Positions 1-8,598 of a stretch of 64,000 bases of DNA are shown one piece after another. The stretch is from an uncultured virus (IMG/VR IMGVR_UViG_3300035183_001031). Taxonomy: Duplodnaviria > Heunggongvirae > Uroviricota > Caudoviricetes. The notes beneath the pieces are model-generated. The model searched no databases. It was not told where the DNA came from and saw only the letters and a list, made by a program, of their open reading frames with translations. The stretch's first letter is position 1. Every line of letters begins with the position of its first letter. Location of the stretch: IMG/VR virus record IMGVR_UViG_3300035183_001031, one strand, 5' to 3'. The position numbers and the translations under genes are program-made.

Positions 1-60
1 GGTGCCTTAAGAGTGCCTTGGAGGTGCCTTGGTGCCTTAAGAGTGCCTTGGAGGTGCCTT
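1..60. repeat. 30-bp tandem duplication built from GTGCCTT motifs (degenerate copies continue to ~110)
   Basis: GGTGCCTTAAGAGTGCCTTGGAGGTGCCTT occurs at 1-30 and 31-60; may continue beyond the window edge. Confidence 0.85.
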
Positions 61-148
61 GCCTTGGAACAAGACTTGCCTTGGAGGTGTCTTGGGAAGG
101 GGCATCTTGAGGCAAACGTCTGGGCATGCCTCGAGGAGCGGCGGCCTT

Positions 149-454
149 TTATCCCAGACCCGAGTGCCTCCCACGGGCCATACCCCCTCGAGAATCCCGG
201 GAGAGATTTTCGCCAGGGTTCGTCGGCCGGGCCGCCAGATCATCTGAGCTGATCGTCGGCGGGAGGATCTCCTTCCCCATGGGGAGGCCTAGGTCGACCC
301 ACGTCAGTCTCCGCCAGACCAGCCGCCAGAAGGCCCGCCCCGGATCTCGCTCCCAGGCATGCTGCGGCCAGGTATGCATCCAGAACCAGGCCAGCCAGCC
401 GGCCACCGCGGCGAGGACATAGACCGCCCCGATGACGATGACGACGGCCCTCAT
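149..454 (-). CDS. hypothetical membrane protein
   Basis: ATG at 454; hydrophobic N-terminus AVVIVIGAVYVLAAVAGWLAWFW; ATGA overlap with upstream ORF. Confidence 0.55.
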   Translation of the reverse strand: MRAVVIVIGAVYVLAAVAGWLAWFWMHTWPQHAWERDPGRAFWRLVWRRLTWVDLGLPMGKEILPPTISSDDLAARPTNPGENLSRDSRGGMARGRHSGLG

Positions 455-705
455 CGCCAGGTCCTCCCGGCCCGTAGGCACTCGCGAAGCGTGACCACGA
501 TATCGCTATCTCGCATCATGGGGTCAAGCCGGTCGGTCAGGCACCTGTCGACCCGCTCGGACCGGTCCGCCGCCCTTCTCACCGCGTCCTCGACCCGGTT
601 CAGGCGGAGGTTGATGTCCTCAGGCCCGCCGTCCCGGCAGCCGAGGATGGCCCAGGCAAGGAGCAGGGTCGGCAGCCGGCTGCGCCCCGTCCGTCGATCC
701 TCCAT
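451..705 (-). CDS. hypothetical protein, possible lipoprotein
   Basis: MEDRRTGRSRLPTLLLAWAILGC: signal-like stretch ending in Cys; GGGAGA RBS-like sequence upstream. Confidence 0.5.
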   Translation of the reverse strand: MEDRRTGRSRLPTLLLAWAILGCRDGGPEDINLRLNRVEDAVRRAADRSERVDRCLTDRLDPMMRDSDIVVTLRECLRAGRTWR

Positions 706-773
706 CGTCTTCTCCCTTGTCGGCGACGGGTCCGAGACCCTGGCCGACGGCCGTCCGTCCCGCCGGCCCATCC

Positions 774-1322
774 TCAGACCGACCCCCTCGGCCTCTCCGG
801 CCAGCGTCCGGTCCAGAGCAAGGAGGAGTAGGCCGAGAGGTTGCTCGCCATCGTGCCCAGGTAGGCCTCCTCGAGCGTCGGGGCGACCGAGCGGACCATC
901 TTGATCCCCCGCAGCTCCACCCGGACCTCCTCGTCGAAGATCCGCCCGCGGTCGGCCTCGGAGAGGACCGTCCCGTCCATGCCGGCGAGGTTCCAGCGGA
1001 TGAGGGAGCGCCGGTACCGCTCGAACTCCTTGCCGCCCTCGAGGAGGCTGTGGGCGTGGCTCAGCTCGTGCGCCACCACGCACGCCTGGTACGTCATCTT
1101 GTCCCGGTCGTCCCGCGTGGGGAAGTCCTGCCCCGACGGGACCGTCCCGCTCCTGATGAGGATCCTGTTGCCGGACATGTCGTAGCCGCCCGCGATCCCA
1201 CGGGGAAGGTCGGCCGAGTACTGGACGCGGCAGACCCGCTCGGCGAGCCGCCAGATCTCACAGAGTTGGGCCCAGGCCTCATCGGCCTCCGACCCGGGGT
1301 CGTACGTGTGCATCGACGACAT
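774..1322 (-). CDS. zincin-type metallopeptidase-like protein
   Basis: VVAHELSH (HExxH) motif with downstream DEE; start trimmed to MSSMH behind GAAAGG RBS. Confidence 0.55.
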   Translation of the reverse strand: MSSMHTYDPGSEADEAWAQLCEIWRLAERVCRVQYSADLPRGIAGGYDMSGNRILIRSGTVPSGQDFPTRDDRDKMTYQACVVAHELSHAHSLLEGGKEFERYRRSLIRWNLAGMDGTVLSEADRGRIFDEEVRVELRGIKMVRSVAPTLEEAYLGTMASNLSAYSSLLWTGRWPERPRGSV

Positions 1323-1345
1323 CCTTTCATCCGGTCGACCTTCGC

Positions 1346-1540
1346 TCACGGCAATAGGCTCCTGAGGAACCTGAAGTCCTCCTGCGAGACCTCGCTTCCG
1401 TTGGCGAAGTACTTGACGATCGCCCTGTGCTTGTCGGCGTCTTCCTCGACGAAGACCTCGAGCGCCAACGCGCGGTTCGCATCGTTGGTGACGAGTCGAT
1501 AGACGCGATGGTAACCCGGGAGGACGCACTTCTCGATCAC
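1346..1540 (-). CDS. hypothetical protein
   Basis: GTG start overlaps the TGA of the pentapeptide gene; co-oriented. Confidence 0.5.
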   Translation of the reverse strand: MIEKCVLPGYHRVYRLVTNDANRALALEVFVEEDADKHRAIVKYFANGSEVSQEDFRFLRSLLP

Positions 1541-2307
1541 CACGGCAGGCACCACCTGCAGATGATCTTTCCCGCGACCGACTGCGTGTTCTTTTCCTCG
1601 AAGAGGCCGTCGCACCTATCGCAGCGGTACTCCCCTGGCGCACAGAGGCCGAGGACGCCCTCCGTCTTGGCCTCCGTGAGGCACGCGCCGGTCAGGTTCG
1701 CTCCCGTAAAATCGGCCCCGCATAGGTCCGCCCCTGTAAAGTCGGCCCCACGCAGGTCGGCGTCCCGAAAGTCCGCCCCGGATAGGTCGGCACCCGCGAA
1801 GTCGACGGCGCGACAATACGCATGCCGAAAGTCCGCATGACAGAGGCGGGCGGAGGCCAGGCAGGCGTCGGTGAGATAGGCGCGGCTGAACCATGCCGCC
1901 TTGAAGTCTCCCTCACGAAGCTGGGCATCCGCGAGGACGGCTCGCCCGAAATCTGCCTCCCTCCCGAGGGCCCCCGAGAGGTCAGCGCCGCCCAGGTGGG
2001 CGCTTGAGAAGTCGGCGCCGATGAGCTTGGCGCCGGCCAGCCGGAGCATCGGGGCGAAGATGTGTGCGACGCTGGCGGATACCAGGCTGGCACGCTCCAG
2101 GTTCGTGCCGAAGAGGCTCGCCTCGTCGAGGCAGGCGCGGTCGAGCACGATCCCCGCCAGGCGCCTCTCGTCGAGAGAGATGTGGCGCAGGTCGACCTCG
2201 TCAAGGGAGATGCACCTGGCGTAGGCATTGCAGATCGCCTCGGCGAGGCAGGTGGCCTTGGCGTCGCCGAGGATCACGTCGCCGTGACGGTTATAGACGT
2301 TGATCAT
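1537..2307 (-). CDS. pentapeptide repeat protein with C-terminal Cys cluster
   Basis: A(D/N)(L/F)xx repeats (ADLSGADFRDADLRGADFTG); CDRC...CRWC tail. Confidence 0.9.
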   Translation of the reverse strand: MINVYNRHGDVILGDAKATCLAEAICNAYARCISLDEVDLRHISLDERRLAGIVLDRACLDEASLFGTNLERASLVSASVAHIFAPMLRLAGAKLIGADFSSAHLGGADLSGALGREADFGRAVLADAQLREGDFKAAWFSRAYLTDACLASARLCHADFRHAYCRAVDFAGADLSGADFRDADLRGADFTGADLCGADFTGANLTGACLTEAKTEGVLGLCAPGEYRCDRCDGLFEEKNTQSVAGKIICRWCLPW

Positions 2308-2363
2308 GGCTCCAGGTCATCCTTGTGAGGGTCGTGGCGCGGCCAGGTCGATGATATCCGATC

Positions 2364-2753
2364 ATGGATTTGTCGACCTTCACGGACCAAACCGCCGTCG
2401 TCGTGACAGGCGATCCTCGGCCGACTGTCTTGTCGTTTACGTCCCTATGCATGTCAGCATCTTACCACGGCCGAAGGCGGTACTATGGCCGCATGCAGGA
2501 CAGACAGGAGCGTTTCATGGTTCGAACCTTTCGGATCGTCGCCGGCTCGTACGTGTACGAGAACAGGCTGGTCGAGGGTCGTCCGATGGCGGTCAGGCAG
2601 ATCGAGTCGGTCGGGGAGATCGACCGGGAGGACCACGACTTCATTCGAAGCTTCCTCGAGGGCGCGGACCTCGACGCGAAGATGGCCGAGGTCTGCGCCC
2701 GCGCCCACGGCGACGGAGCCCTCCACACCGCGAGGATCTTCCAGGTCGACTGA
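2364..2753 (+). CDS. hypothetical protein
   Basis: 129-aa ORF heading a + strand run. Confidence 0.55.
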   Translation: MDLSTFTDQTAVVVTGDPRPTVLSFTSLCMSASYHGRRRYYGRMQDRQERFMVRTFRIVAGSYVYENRLVEGRPMAVRQIESVGEIDREDHDFIRSFLEGADLDAKMAEVCARAHGDGALHTARIFQVD

Positions 2754-2765
2754 GGTACCTATCCG

Positions 2766-3284
2766 GTGCCGTCTGTAGGAGAGGCGTTTGGCTTCTTGGC
2801 CCAAGAGGGCCCTGGAATCTTCGGGACCTCTGTCGGCTCCATGCTCTACGTCGGTCACCGCAGGGATACCCATCCATGGTGGTATCAGACGTTCGCCCCG
2901 GCGATCGGAGCCTCCCGCATCGCGGTGATCGACGTCGACAGGAATAACCTGCTGACGGCCCGACACGTCACCTCGGAGCTCTACCACGGGGACATCCGCC
3001 AGAGCGACGTCCCCCACGGGTTCGGCCTCGTCTTCTGGGATGAGGGGCCCGAGCACCTGCCGCGGGAGGAGTCGCTGGAGCTCTGCAGGTACCTGGCGAG
3101 GAGGAACGCCCGGGTCCTCATCAGCTGCCCCTGGGGGTTCCAGGAGCAAGGTGAGGACCGGAACGATCCGGAGTTCCACCACTGGGGTCCTGTGCCCGAA
3201 GACTTCGCATCCATCGGATGGCAGACGCGGACGTTTGGGGTTAAGTTCCCGGACGGCCACGGAAACCTGATCGCCTGGAAGTAG
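2766..3284 (+). CDS. class I SAM-dependent methyltransferase-like protein
   Basis: MLYVG, VIDVD, GDIR, VFWDEGPEHL, LISCP follow the order of class I MTase motifs. Confidence 0.55.
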   Translation: MPSVGEAFGFLAQEGPGIFGTSVGSMLYVGHRRDTHPWWYQTFAPAIGASRIAVIDVDRNNLLTARHVTSELYHGDIRQSDVPHGFGLVFWDEGPEHLPREESLELCRYLARRNARVLISCPWGFQEQGEDRNDPEFHHWGPVPEDFASIGWQTRTFGVKFPDGHGNLIAWK

Positions 3285-3304
3285 GTTCCCTCCGCGGCCT
3301 AATT

Positions 3305-4420
3305 TTGAAGGCGATGCCGCGTCTCTACGAGTACTTCATGTTCGAGATGCCCAGGAGGAAGGGGGATCCCATCCTGGCGACCCTCGACTGGGCTGCCCAA
3401 CAGAGGGGCACCTTCACGATCAACGACCTGTACAACGTCTACGTCGCAAACGGGGGCCGGGCCAACAGCATGGGCGACAACAAGCAGTCGTTTTCGACGC
3501 AGATCAACAGGTACATCGCCAAGCCGTGGAAGGAGGACCAGGACAAGTACGGTGTCTCTGAGAAGAGGCCGCTCCTGGCCGTGAGGCGAGGAGCGCGCGG
3601 AGGGGGCGGCCGCAACCCGACCATCCTTCAATGGGGGCTCGACAGGCCACTTCGCGATCCTAGCGCAGCCCACTTCGTGGAGCCCGACGACGACAGCAGC
3701 ACCGGAGACGCGATGGATCGACTCGAGAAGGTCCTGAGCCGCATGGGCAAGGGTCTCCCGGACGACCCGAAGCAGGGACGACAGAGGCTCAAGGCCGCCA
3801 TCGAGCGCTGGAAGAAGATGAAGACCCTGAACCAGGTCGTGGCCGACATCAGGGGGACGATCCCGAAGGCTGGGCAGATGGACGCCCTCCATATCGCCTC
3901 CGAGTTCCTCATCGATCGGGGCGCGGCTGACGAGGACGACGTCGAAGACGCAGAGGACCAGGTCGCCCCGGCGCCCCCGGCCGTCTCTTCCCATGACGAC
4001 GACGATGACGTCGGCGAGTTCTCAGACGAGCCCGAGGACCTGGACACGATTCCAGACGAAGAGTACGACGAGGAGGAGTCCGAGGCGACTTCGGACGACG
4101 AGTACGACGAGGAGGAGCCCGAGGCGACTTCGGACGACGAGTACGACGAGGAGGAGCCGCCCTCGCCCCCTGTGAAGAGAACCATCGCCCCTCCGTCCTT
4201 CTCCAAGCCCGTCACCCCATCGGCCGGGCCCGGCGTGACAGTCCGAAAGAAGGAAGAGCCGCCGGCGGCGACGGCGCGGCCCGAGCCAGAAGACGACGAC
4301 GAGGAAGACATCGAGGAACCGACCAAGCGGCAGGCCGGCGCCGCAAACTTCATCAGACCGCAGGCGACCCCGGCGGCCCCGAAGAGTCCGCTCACGAAGT
4401 TCTTCAGACGAGGACGATGA
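3305..4420 (+). CDS. hypothetical protein with folded N-terminus and long acidic/Pro-rich disordered C-terminus
   Basis: 371-aa ORF; D/E-rich tail with 13-aa repeats; alternative ATG at 3314. Confidence 0.75.
   Translation: MKAMPRLYEYFMFEMPRRKGDPILATLDWAAQQRGTFTINDLYNVYVANGGRANSMGDNKQSFSTQINRYIAKPWKEDQDKYGVSEKRPLLAVRRGARGGGGRNPTILQWGLDRPLRDPSAAHFVEPDDDSSTGDAMDRLEKVLSRMGKGLPDDPKQGRQRLKAAIERWKKMKTLNQVVADIRGTIPKAGQMDALHIASEFLIDRGAADEDDVEDAEDQVAPAPPAVSSHDDDDDVGEFSDEPEDLDTIPDEEYDEEESEATSDDEYDEEEPEATSDDEYDEEEPPSPPVKRTIAPPSFSKPVTPSAGPGVTVRKKEEPPAATARPEPEDDDEEDIEEPTKRQAGAANFIRPQATPAAPKSPLTKFFRRGR
4055..4158 (+). repeat. 39-bp coding tandem repeat (~2.7 copies; DDEYDEEEPEATS)
   Basis: Units start at 4055, 4094 and 4133. 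Confidence 0.9.
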
Positions 4421-4935
4421 GCTGGTCTCCTGGGTCAGACCGGGAGTGGCGTCGGCTCGCCGTCCCACACATCGCAAAGCTCTGCACTCCGACATGGCCA
4501 GACTCGTATCGGGGCCACCTCGTTGAGATCTCCGAGTTCATGGTGGCCCGCGTCGAGGGCGCCCTGACGAAAGGAGGACAGATCAAGTGGTCTGAGTGCA
4601 GGGCCGACTGCGTCATCTACTTCGGCCGCGTCCCCCTTTGCGAGATCTCGGTCACCAACCCCGAGAGGGAAGCGCGGGCGGCCAAGGGCTATCCTCAGCT
4701 GAGGGCCCAGCTCGAAAGAGATCCCGGGTACGACGCTGTCCCCGTGGTGTTGAAGCGTCTGGGTGAACAGTTCACCGTCTGGGACGGACACCATCGTCTA
4801 AGGACATATCGTCAGGCGCAGAGACAGGACATCCCTTCTCTTGTCGCCTGGATCGTCCCGGGTGACGGAAAGGTTAGGCTGCTGAGACAGCAGCATCCAG
4901 GGACGTCTGCTGGCCTGGGAACGGGATCCCTCTAG
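4417..4935 (+). CDS. ParB/sulfiredoxin N-terminal domain protein
   Basis: PVVLKRLGEQFTVWDGHHRLRTY matches the ParB/Srx DGHHR motif. Confidence 0.7.
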   Translation: MSWSPGSDREWRRLAVPHIAKLCTPTWPDSYRGHLVEISEFMVARVEGALTKGGQIKWSECRADCVIYFGRVPLCEISVTNPEREARAAKGYPQLRAQLERDPGYDAVPVVLKRLGEQFTVWDGHHRLRTYRQAQRQDIPSLVAWIVPGDGKVRLLRQQHPGTSAGLGTGSL

Positions 4936-4955
4936 GTCCCCTCCGACCAGTGCCA

Positions 4956-5147
4956 TCAAGGCGGGTCTGAATCGCCTCGTTGATTCATCCTCAGCCCCTC
5001 TCCATCGACGACCTCCCAATCCTCCGCAAGGAGGTCTGACCTGACCACGTTGTAGAGATGGTTCGGTATCTCGCTGACGCAGAGTATCCTCTTGTTACCC
5101 TTGCGTCGGATCCACCTCCCAGCCCTTATTGCGTCCAAAAAGGTCAC
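4956..5147 (-). CDS. short DUF2829/Tad2-like protein
   Basis: MTFLDAIRAGRWIRRKG...SDLLAEDWEVV resembles the conserved ends of the family. Confidence 0.55.
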   Translation of the reverse strand: MTFLDAIRAGRWIRRKGNKRILCVSEIPNHLYNVVRSDLLAEDWEVVDGEGLRMNQRGDSDPP

Positions 5148-5174
5148 CCAAACATTCTACCACTATGGCCGATG

Positions 5175-5203
5175 TTGACGTGTGCCGCCAAACGTATTAT
5201 AAT
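5175..5203 (+). promoter_or_regulatory. sigma70-type promoter
   Basis: TTGACG (5175-5180), 17-bp spacer, TATAAT (5198-5203), upstream of the 5255-8598 gene run. Confidence 0.8.
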
Positions 5204-5254
5204 GGATTTGGCGGTATAACTGCCATCAACAACGTAGAGTGGAAAGTCAAGCCA

Positions 5255-5578
5255 ATGCAAGTCATCAATCCCATGAGTGACGAGAGGTTCGACGCTGTGT
5301 GCGAGGCCGGCGTGGAACTGGTGAAGAAGCTCCGCCTGGTCCTCATCGCGAATGGGCTCGCCTCCGAGGAGGCGGTGAGCGTTCTGGCGATGGCGGTCGG
5401 CGGCGTGATCAAGGGGACAGACATCGAGCCAGAGCAGTTCATGCGGGCCGCGTACATGTCATTCCAAATGTGGCGTCAGGAGGAGGGGATCGACGGCATC
5501 GAGGGCCTGGTGTTCGATCCCCCGCACAAGCGTCCGGGCTTCATCCCGGTGGCACGCGATCCGTCCATGGAGAACTAG
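5255..5578 (+). CDS. hypothetical protein
   Basis: First plausible ATG downstream of the promoter (MQVINPMSDERF). Confidence 0.65.
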   Translation: MQVINPMSDERFDAVCEAGVELVKKLRLVLIANGLASEEAVSVLAMAVGGVIKGTDIEPEQFMRAAYMSFQMWRQEEGIDGIEGLVFDPPHKRPGFIPVARDPSMEN

Positions 5579-5579
5579 T

Positions 5580-5918
5580 GTGACCCTCAGAGGAGACGAG
5601 GTCCAGAAGATTCAGGTGTCTGCTGACAGCCCTGAGGCGCTGGATCGGGTCCAACGTTCGATCATCATGGTCGTCCGGGCCGCGCTCGACCGGCTTGAGG
5701 CGCTTGGGTACGAGCGCGGCTCAAGGCCTGGTAAGGGGATCGAGATTGACGTCGCTGACGACGGCCTCCCGATCCTCGTTAAACTGGGCAGAGAGGTCGT
5801 CTTCTCCGTCCAGGAGAAGGTCGACCACCGCGGGAGACTGACGATCTCCGGCGAGTGGCAGAAGGACGTCCAGCCTCGAAAACCAAACCTCTGGCGACGC
5901 ATCTTCCGGAGGAAGTGA
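5580..5918 (+). CDS. hypothetical protein
   Basis: 112-aa ORF tightly coupled to both neighbours. Confidence 0.65.
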   Translation: MTLRGDEVQKIQVSADSPEALDRVQRSIIMVVRAALDRLEALGYERGSRPGKGIEIDVADDGLPILVKLGREVVFSVQEKVDHRGRLTISGEWQKDVQPRKPNLWRRIFRRK

Positions 5919-6742
5919 TGCCAGAGTTGCCTGAGGTTGACGCCATCACAGGTGTCGTACGAAAGTACGCCAGGGGCAACTCGATCGTCGACTTTGAGAT
6001 CGTCCGCTGGAACGGAAGGTATTTTGACGGACCAGATGGACCTTTGATCGGACCCAAGCAGTGCGGTGGAAGATGGGATGTTGACGATGTGTTCCGCCTT
6101 GGGAAACGGATCGTCTTCCGGATCCTGTCACCTCGACCGCTTTACCTGATCGCACACAACGCGATGACCGGGTACTTCGATTGGGAACATGAGCCGTGGA
6201 CCTTCGATTACGTCGAGGCTGATCGCGAACCGGACCGGAATGACATCCGGGTAAAGATCCGCTTTGGCGACGGAAAGGTACTTCAGTTCCATGACGTCCG
6301 TCTCTTCGGGAGCATGAAGGTCGTGTCAGAACTTCCTACGGCTCCTCCTGAGCTGCTCTCGACCCCGAATGGGATGCCAAGCCATCCCGTGATGAGTCCG
6401 AGCGAGTTCTATGAGGGACTCAAGGTCAAGACGCCGATTAAGGTCCGGCTGATGGACCAGCGGTTCATCGGAGGCATCGGTAACATCTACTCGGTCGAGG
6501 CGCTTCACGCGGCAGGCATCCACCCGAGCGCCAGGTCCAACCGACTATCCTCGGAGGAGGCCCGTGTACTTCACGCCGCCCTGATTTGGTCTGTGGATCA
6601 CTCCATCCCCCAGGTCAGGTACGACTGGCTGAATGTGTATAGACGTGCCTCCTGCGGGACGTGTGGGCTTCCTGTGAAGCGGTACATACTCTGTGGCCGT
6701 GCCACCTTTGTCTGCGAGGGTTGCCAACCCAATGATGGTTGA
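5918..6742 (+). CDS. mutM: Fpg/Nei family DNA glycosylase/AP lyase
   Basis: MPELPEV N-terminus, RLGK, H2TH motif LMDQRFIGGIGNIYSVEALH, zinc finger CGTCG...GRATFVCEGCQ. Confidence 0.92.
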   Translation: MPELPEVDAITGVVRKYARGNSIVDFEIVRWNGRYFDGPDGPLIGPKQCGGRWDVDDVFRLGKRIVFRILSPRPLYLIAHNAMTGYFDWEHEPWTFDYVEADREPDRNDIRVKIRFGDGKVLQFHDVRLFGSMKVVSELPTAPPELLSTPNGMPSHPVMSPSEFYEGLKVKTPIKVRLMDQRFIGGIGNIYSVEALHAAGIHPSARSNRLSSEEARVLHAALIWSVDHSIPQVRYDWLNVYRRASCGTCGLPVKRYILCGRATFVCEGCQPNDG

Positions 6743-7211
6743 GGCATGCGGACCTACGATGGGGGACCTGCGACTGGCCTCTGGCCGGTCTCCTCTAGTG
6801 ATGCGGTCTCCGTTCAACCTTTTCCAAGAGAGATACGCGGATGATCCATGGAAGCTGCTCTGTTGTACGATCTGTTTAAACCTCTGCGCGGGTCGGATGT
6901 TCGAGACAATCCACGAGGACCTCTTCGCTCTCTGGGGCAGTCCCTATGAGATGGCGACGGCGGACACGGTCGATCTGGAGGCGCTTCTAAGTCCCCTCGG
7001 ACTCCAACGTCGACGGGCCAAAAGCCTGATCAGAATGTCGACGGCGTATGCCTTCCTGTGGGATGGTCGAGATCCGATGCAACTGCCCGGGATCGGGAAA
7101 TATGGCTCCGATAGCTACAGGATCTTCGTGCGAGGAGAGACAAGGATCACGGTCGAAGACAAGGAGCTCAAGAGATACCTTGCCTGGCTCGCCTCGCTTT
7201 CCAAATCCTAA
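6732..7211 (+). CDS. MBD4-like HhH DNA glycosylase (T:G/U:G mismatch)
   Basis: RSPFNLFQE..DPWKLL..TICLN, LLSPLGL..RRAK, LPGIGKYGSDSYRIF, EDKEL follow the MBD4 glycosylase domain. Confidence 0.88.
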   Translation: MMVEACGPTMGDLRLASGRSPLVMRSPFNLFQERYADDPWKLLCCTICLNLCAGRMFETIHEDLFALWGSPYEMATADTVDLEALLSPLGLQRRRAKSLIRMSTAYAFLWDGRDPMQLPGIGKYGSDSYRIFVRGETRITVEDKELKRYLAWLASLSKS

Positions 7212-7267
7212 ACGTATGCCGTAGTCATCTCATCCTGAGATTTGACGTATGTATCGAATGGATCCCG

Positions 7268-7540
7268 ATGAATAAGAAACTGAACCCGCTACAGATGGTG
7301 GCTCGTGAGCTGGCCGAGCACATCGACATGGAGTCTGATGAGATCGAGAGGGGACTGGTCAACCTTACCATGTTCTTACACGATCGCGCCGCGGCTGAGA
7401 TCGACAAGGACGTCGACTCGGATGAGGCCGCCGAGGCTGTGAAACAGTATCGGATAATCTGTGAGGTCATTGCGTTCTTTGGGACCCAGCTCATCGCATT
7501 TGAAGACATGGAAGACGAACTTCCACGAGGATCCAACTGA
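7268..7540 (+). CDS. hypothetical protein (acidic, helical)
   Basis: 90-aa ORF in the + strand run. Confidence 0.6.
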   Translation: MNKKLNPLQMVARELAEHIDMESDEIERGLVNLTMFLHDRAAAEIDKDVDSDEAAEAVKQYRIICEVIAFFGTQLIAFEDMEDELPRGSN

Positions 7541-7541
7541 G

Positions 7542-7865
7542 GTGACTAGGTTAGAGGCCCGACGTAAACAGATGGAGGAGGAGAATGTCCACGGACCACT
7601 CCTTCGGATCGAGGAGCTTACCCATGAGGAGAAGGCGATCATAAACGCCGACTTCATCGAGCTCTGTAGGAATCGAAAGGCCTCGGGCCCGGAGGAATTC
7701 TACCAAGCATACATCGACACCCTTCATCGTTGGAGGGTGATGTGTCCGCACCCGCAACCGCATCGGTTGTATGATGGTTACAGGAAGTCTGACGTTCCTT
7801 TCTCATTTGATGAGCACCGTTGGTTTGACTGCAGGCTATGCGGTGCTGCTGTCATCAATCGTTGA
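7542..7865 (+). CDS. hypothetical protein with CPH...CRLC motif
   Basis: GTG immediately after the previous stop; possible Zn-binding motif. Confidence 0.55.
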   Translation: MTRLEARRKQMEEENVHGPLLRIEELTHEEKAIINADFIELCRNRKASGPEEFYQAYIDTLHRWRVMCPHPQPHRLYDGYRKSDVPFSFDEHRWFDCRLCGAAVINR

Positions 7866-7873
7866 GGCTAACC

Positions 7874-8308
7874 GTGAGTGAGCGGACTTTTCTCATTCAA
7901 CGATATTGCTCTGCAAATTGGCCGCAGATAAGGGGTGAGGTTCCCTTTCTAGCAACCGGCCCAAAATTCGTCGACTGGGCATACGGGCTAGAACGGTTTG
8001 GAGAGTGGAAGTTTGTCTCCGAGCTAGGAAAGCAGTTCGAGGACGTCTTTGCTGAAGATAAAGATCCGCGATATGGCGCCGCGTGGGCATTGCTTGAGAC
8101 AGGCATCGTCCAGGCGCTGTGGGTAGCCCATACCAAGATCTCGGTCGATGATCGATGGCTGAGGTCGGTTGAACAGCTCTCCCGTGAAATCCCCAAGGGA
8201 CCGATCGGTCAGGCCGTGATCGAATACCTCAGCGGTCTCTCCTCTCCGGACTACTTCAGGTCATACGTCAGTGAAGATCAGATTCAACTTATCGAGCTGA
8301 TCCCGTGA
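7874..8308 (+). CDS. hypothetical protein
   Basis: GTG start behind GAGG; stop overlaps the next start. Confidence 0.55.
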   Translation: MSERTFLIQRYCSANWPQIRGEVPFLATGPKFVDWAYGLERFGEWKFVSELGKQFEDVFAEDKDPRYGAAWALLETGIVQALWVAHTKISVDDRWLRSVEQLSREIPKGPIGQAVIEYLSGLSSPDYFRSYVSEDQIQLIELIP

Positions 8309-8598
8309 CGTGGGAGTCCATCCAGATCTTTCTTTTCTCTGCCGCCGTCGATGTCGGAGCCGTCCTCTTTACGAGGTCGGTCCAGATGAAGAGGATGCTG
8401 GTTGGCGTGTTGACCACAGCTATGATTGCGTTCCTAAACTGGTCAAGCATCCTGCTGGTGACTAAGCATGATGACTCGCTCGTCACAGCTTCGGTGTTGG
8501 GCCACGCTTTCGGCTTCGTCGTCGGGATGTTGATCCCGATCCGGGACGCCATGGAGGACGACGTGTGCCGAAGATGTCATCCCACCACGAAACAATGA
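8305..8598 (+). CDS. small membrane protein (~3 TM)
   Basis: Three hydrophobic segments in 97 aa. Confidence 0.6.
   Translation: MTWESIQIFLFSAAVDVGAVLFTRSVQMKRMLVGVLTTAMIAFLNWSSILLVTKHDDSLVTASVLGHAFGFVVGMLIPIRDAMEDDVCRRCHPTTKQ

Noticed and set aside
359..4495. Long overlapping ORFs such as 359-904, 717-1502, 2454-3260, 3299-3994 and 3628-4395
   Set aside because: Shadow frames of better-supported genes in GC-rich DNA, with low-complexity R/P/S translations.
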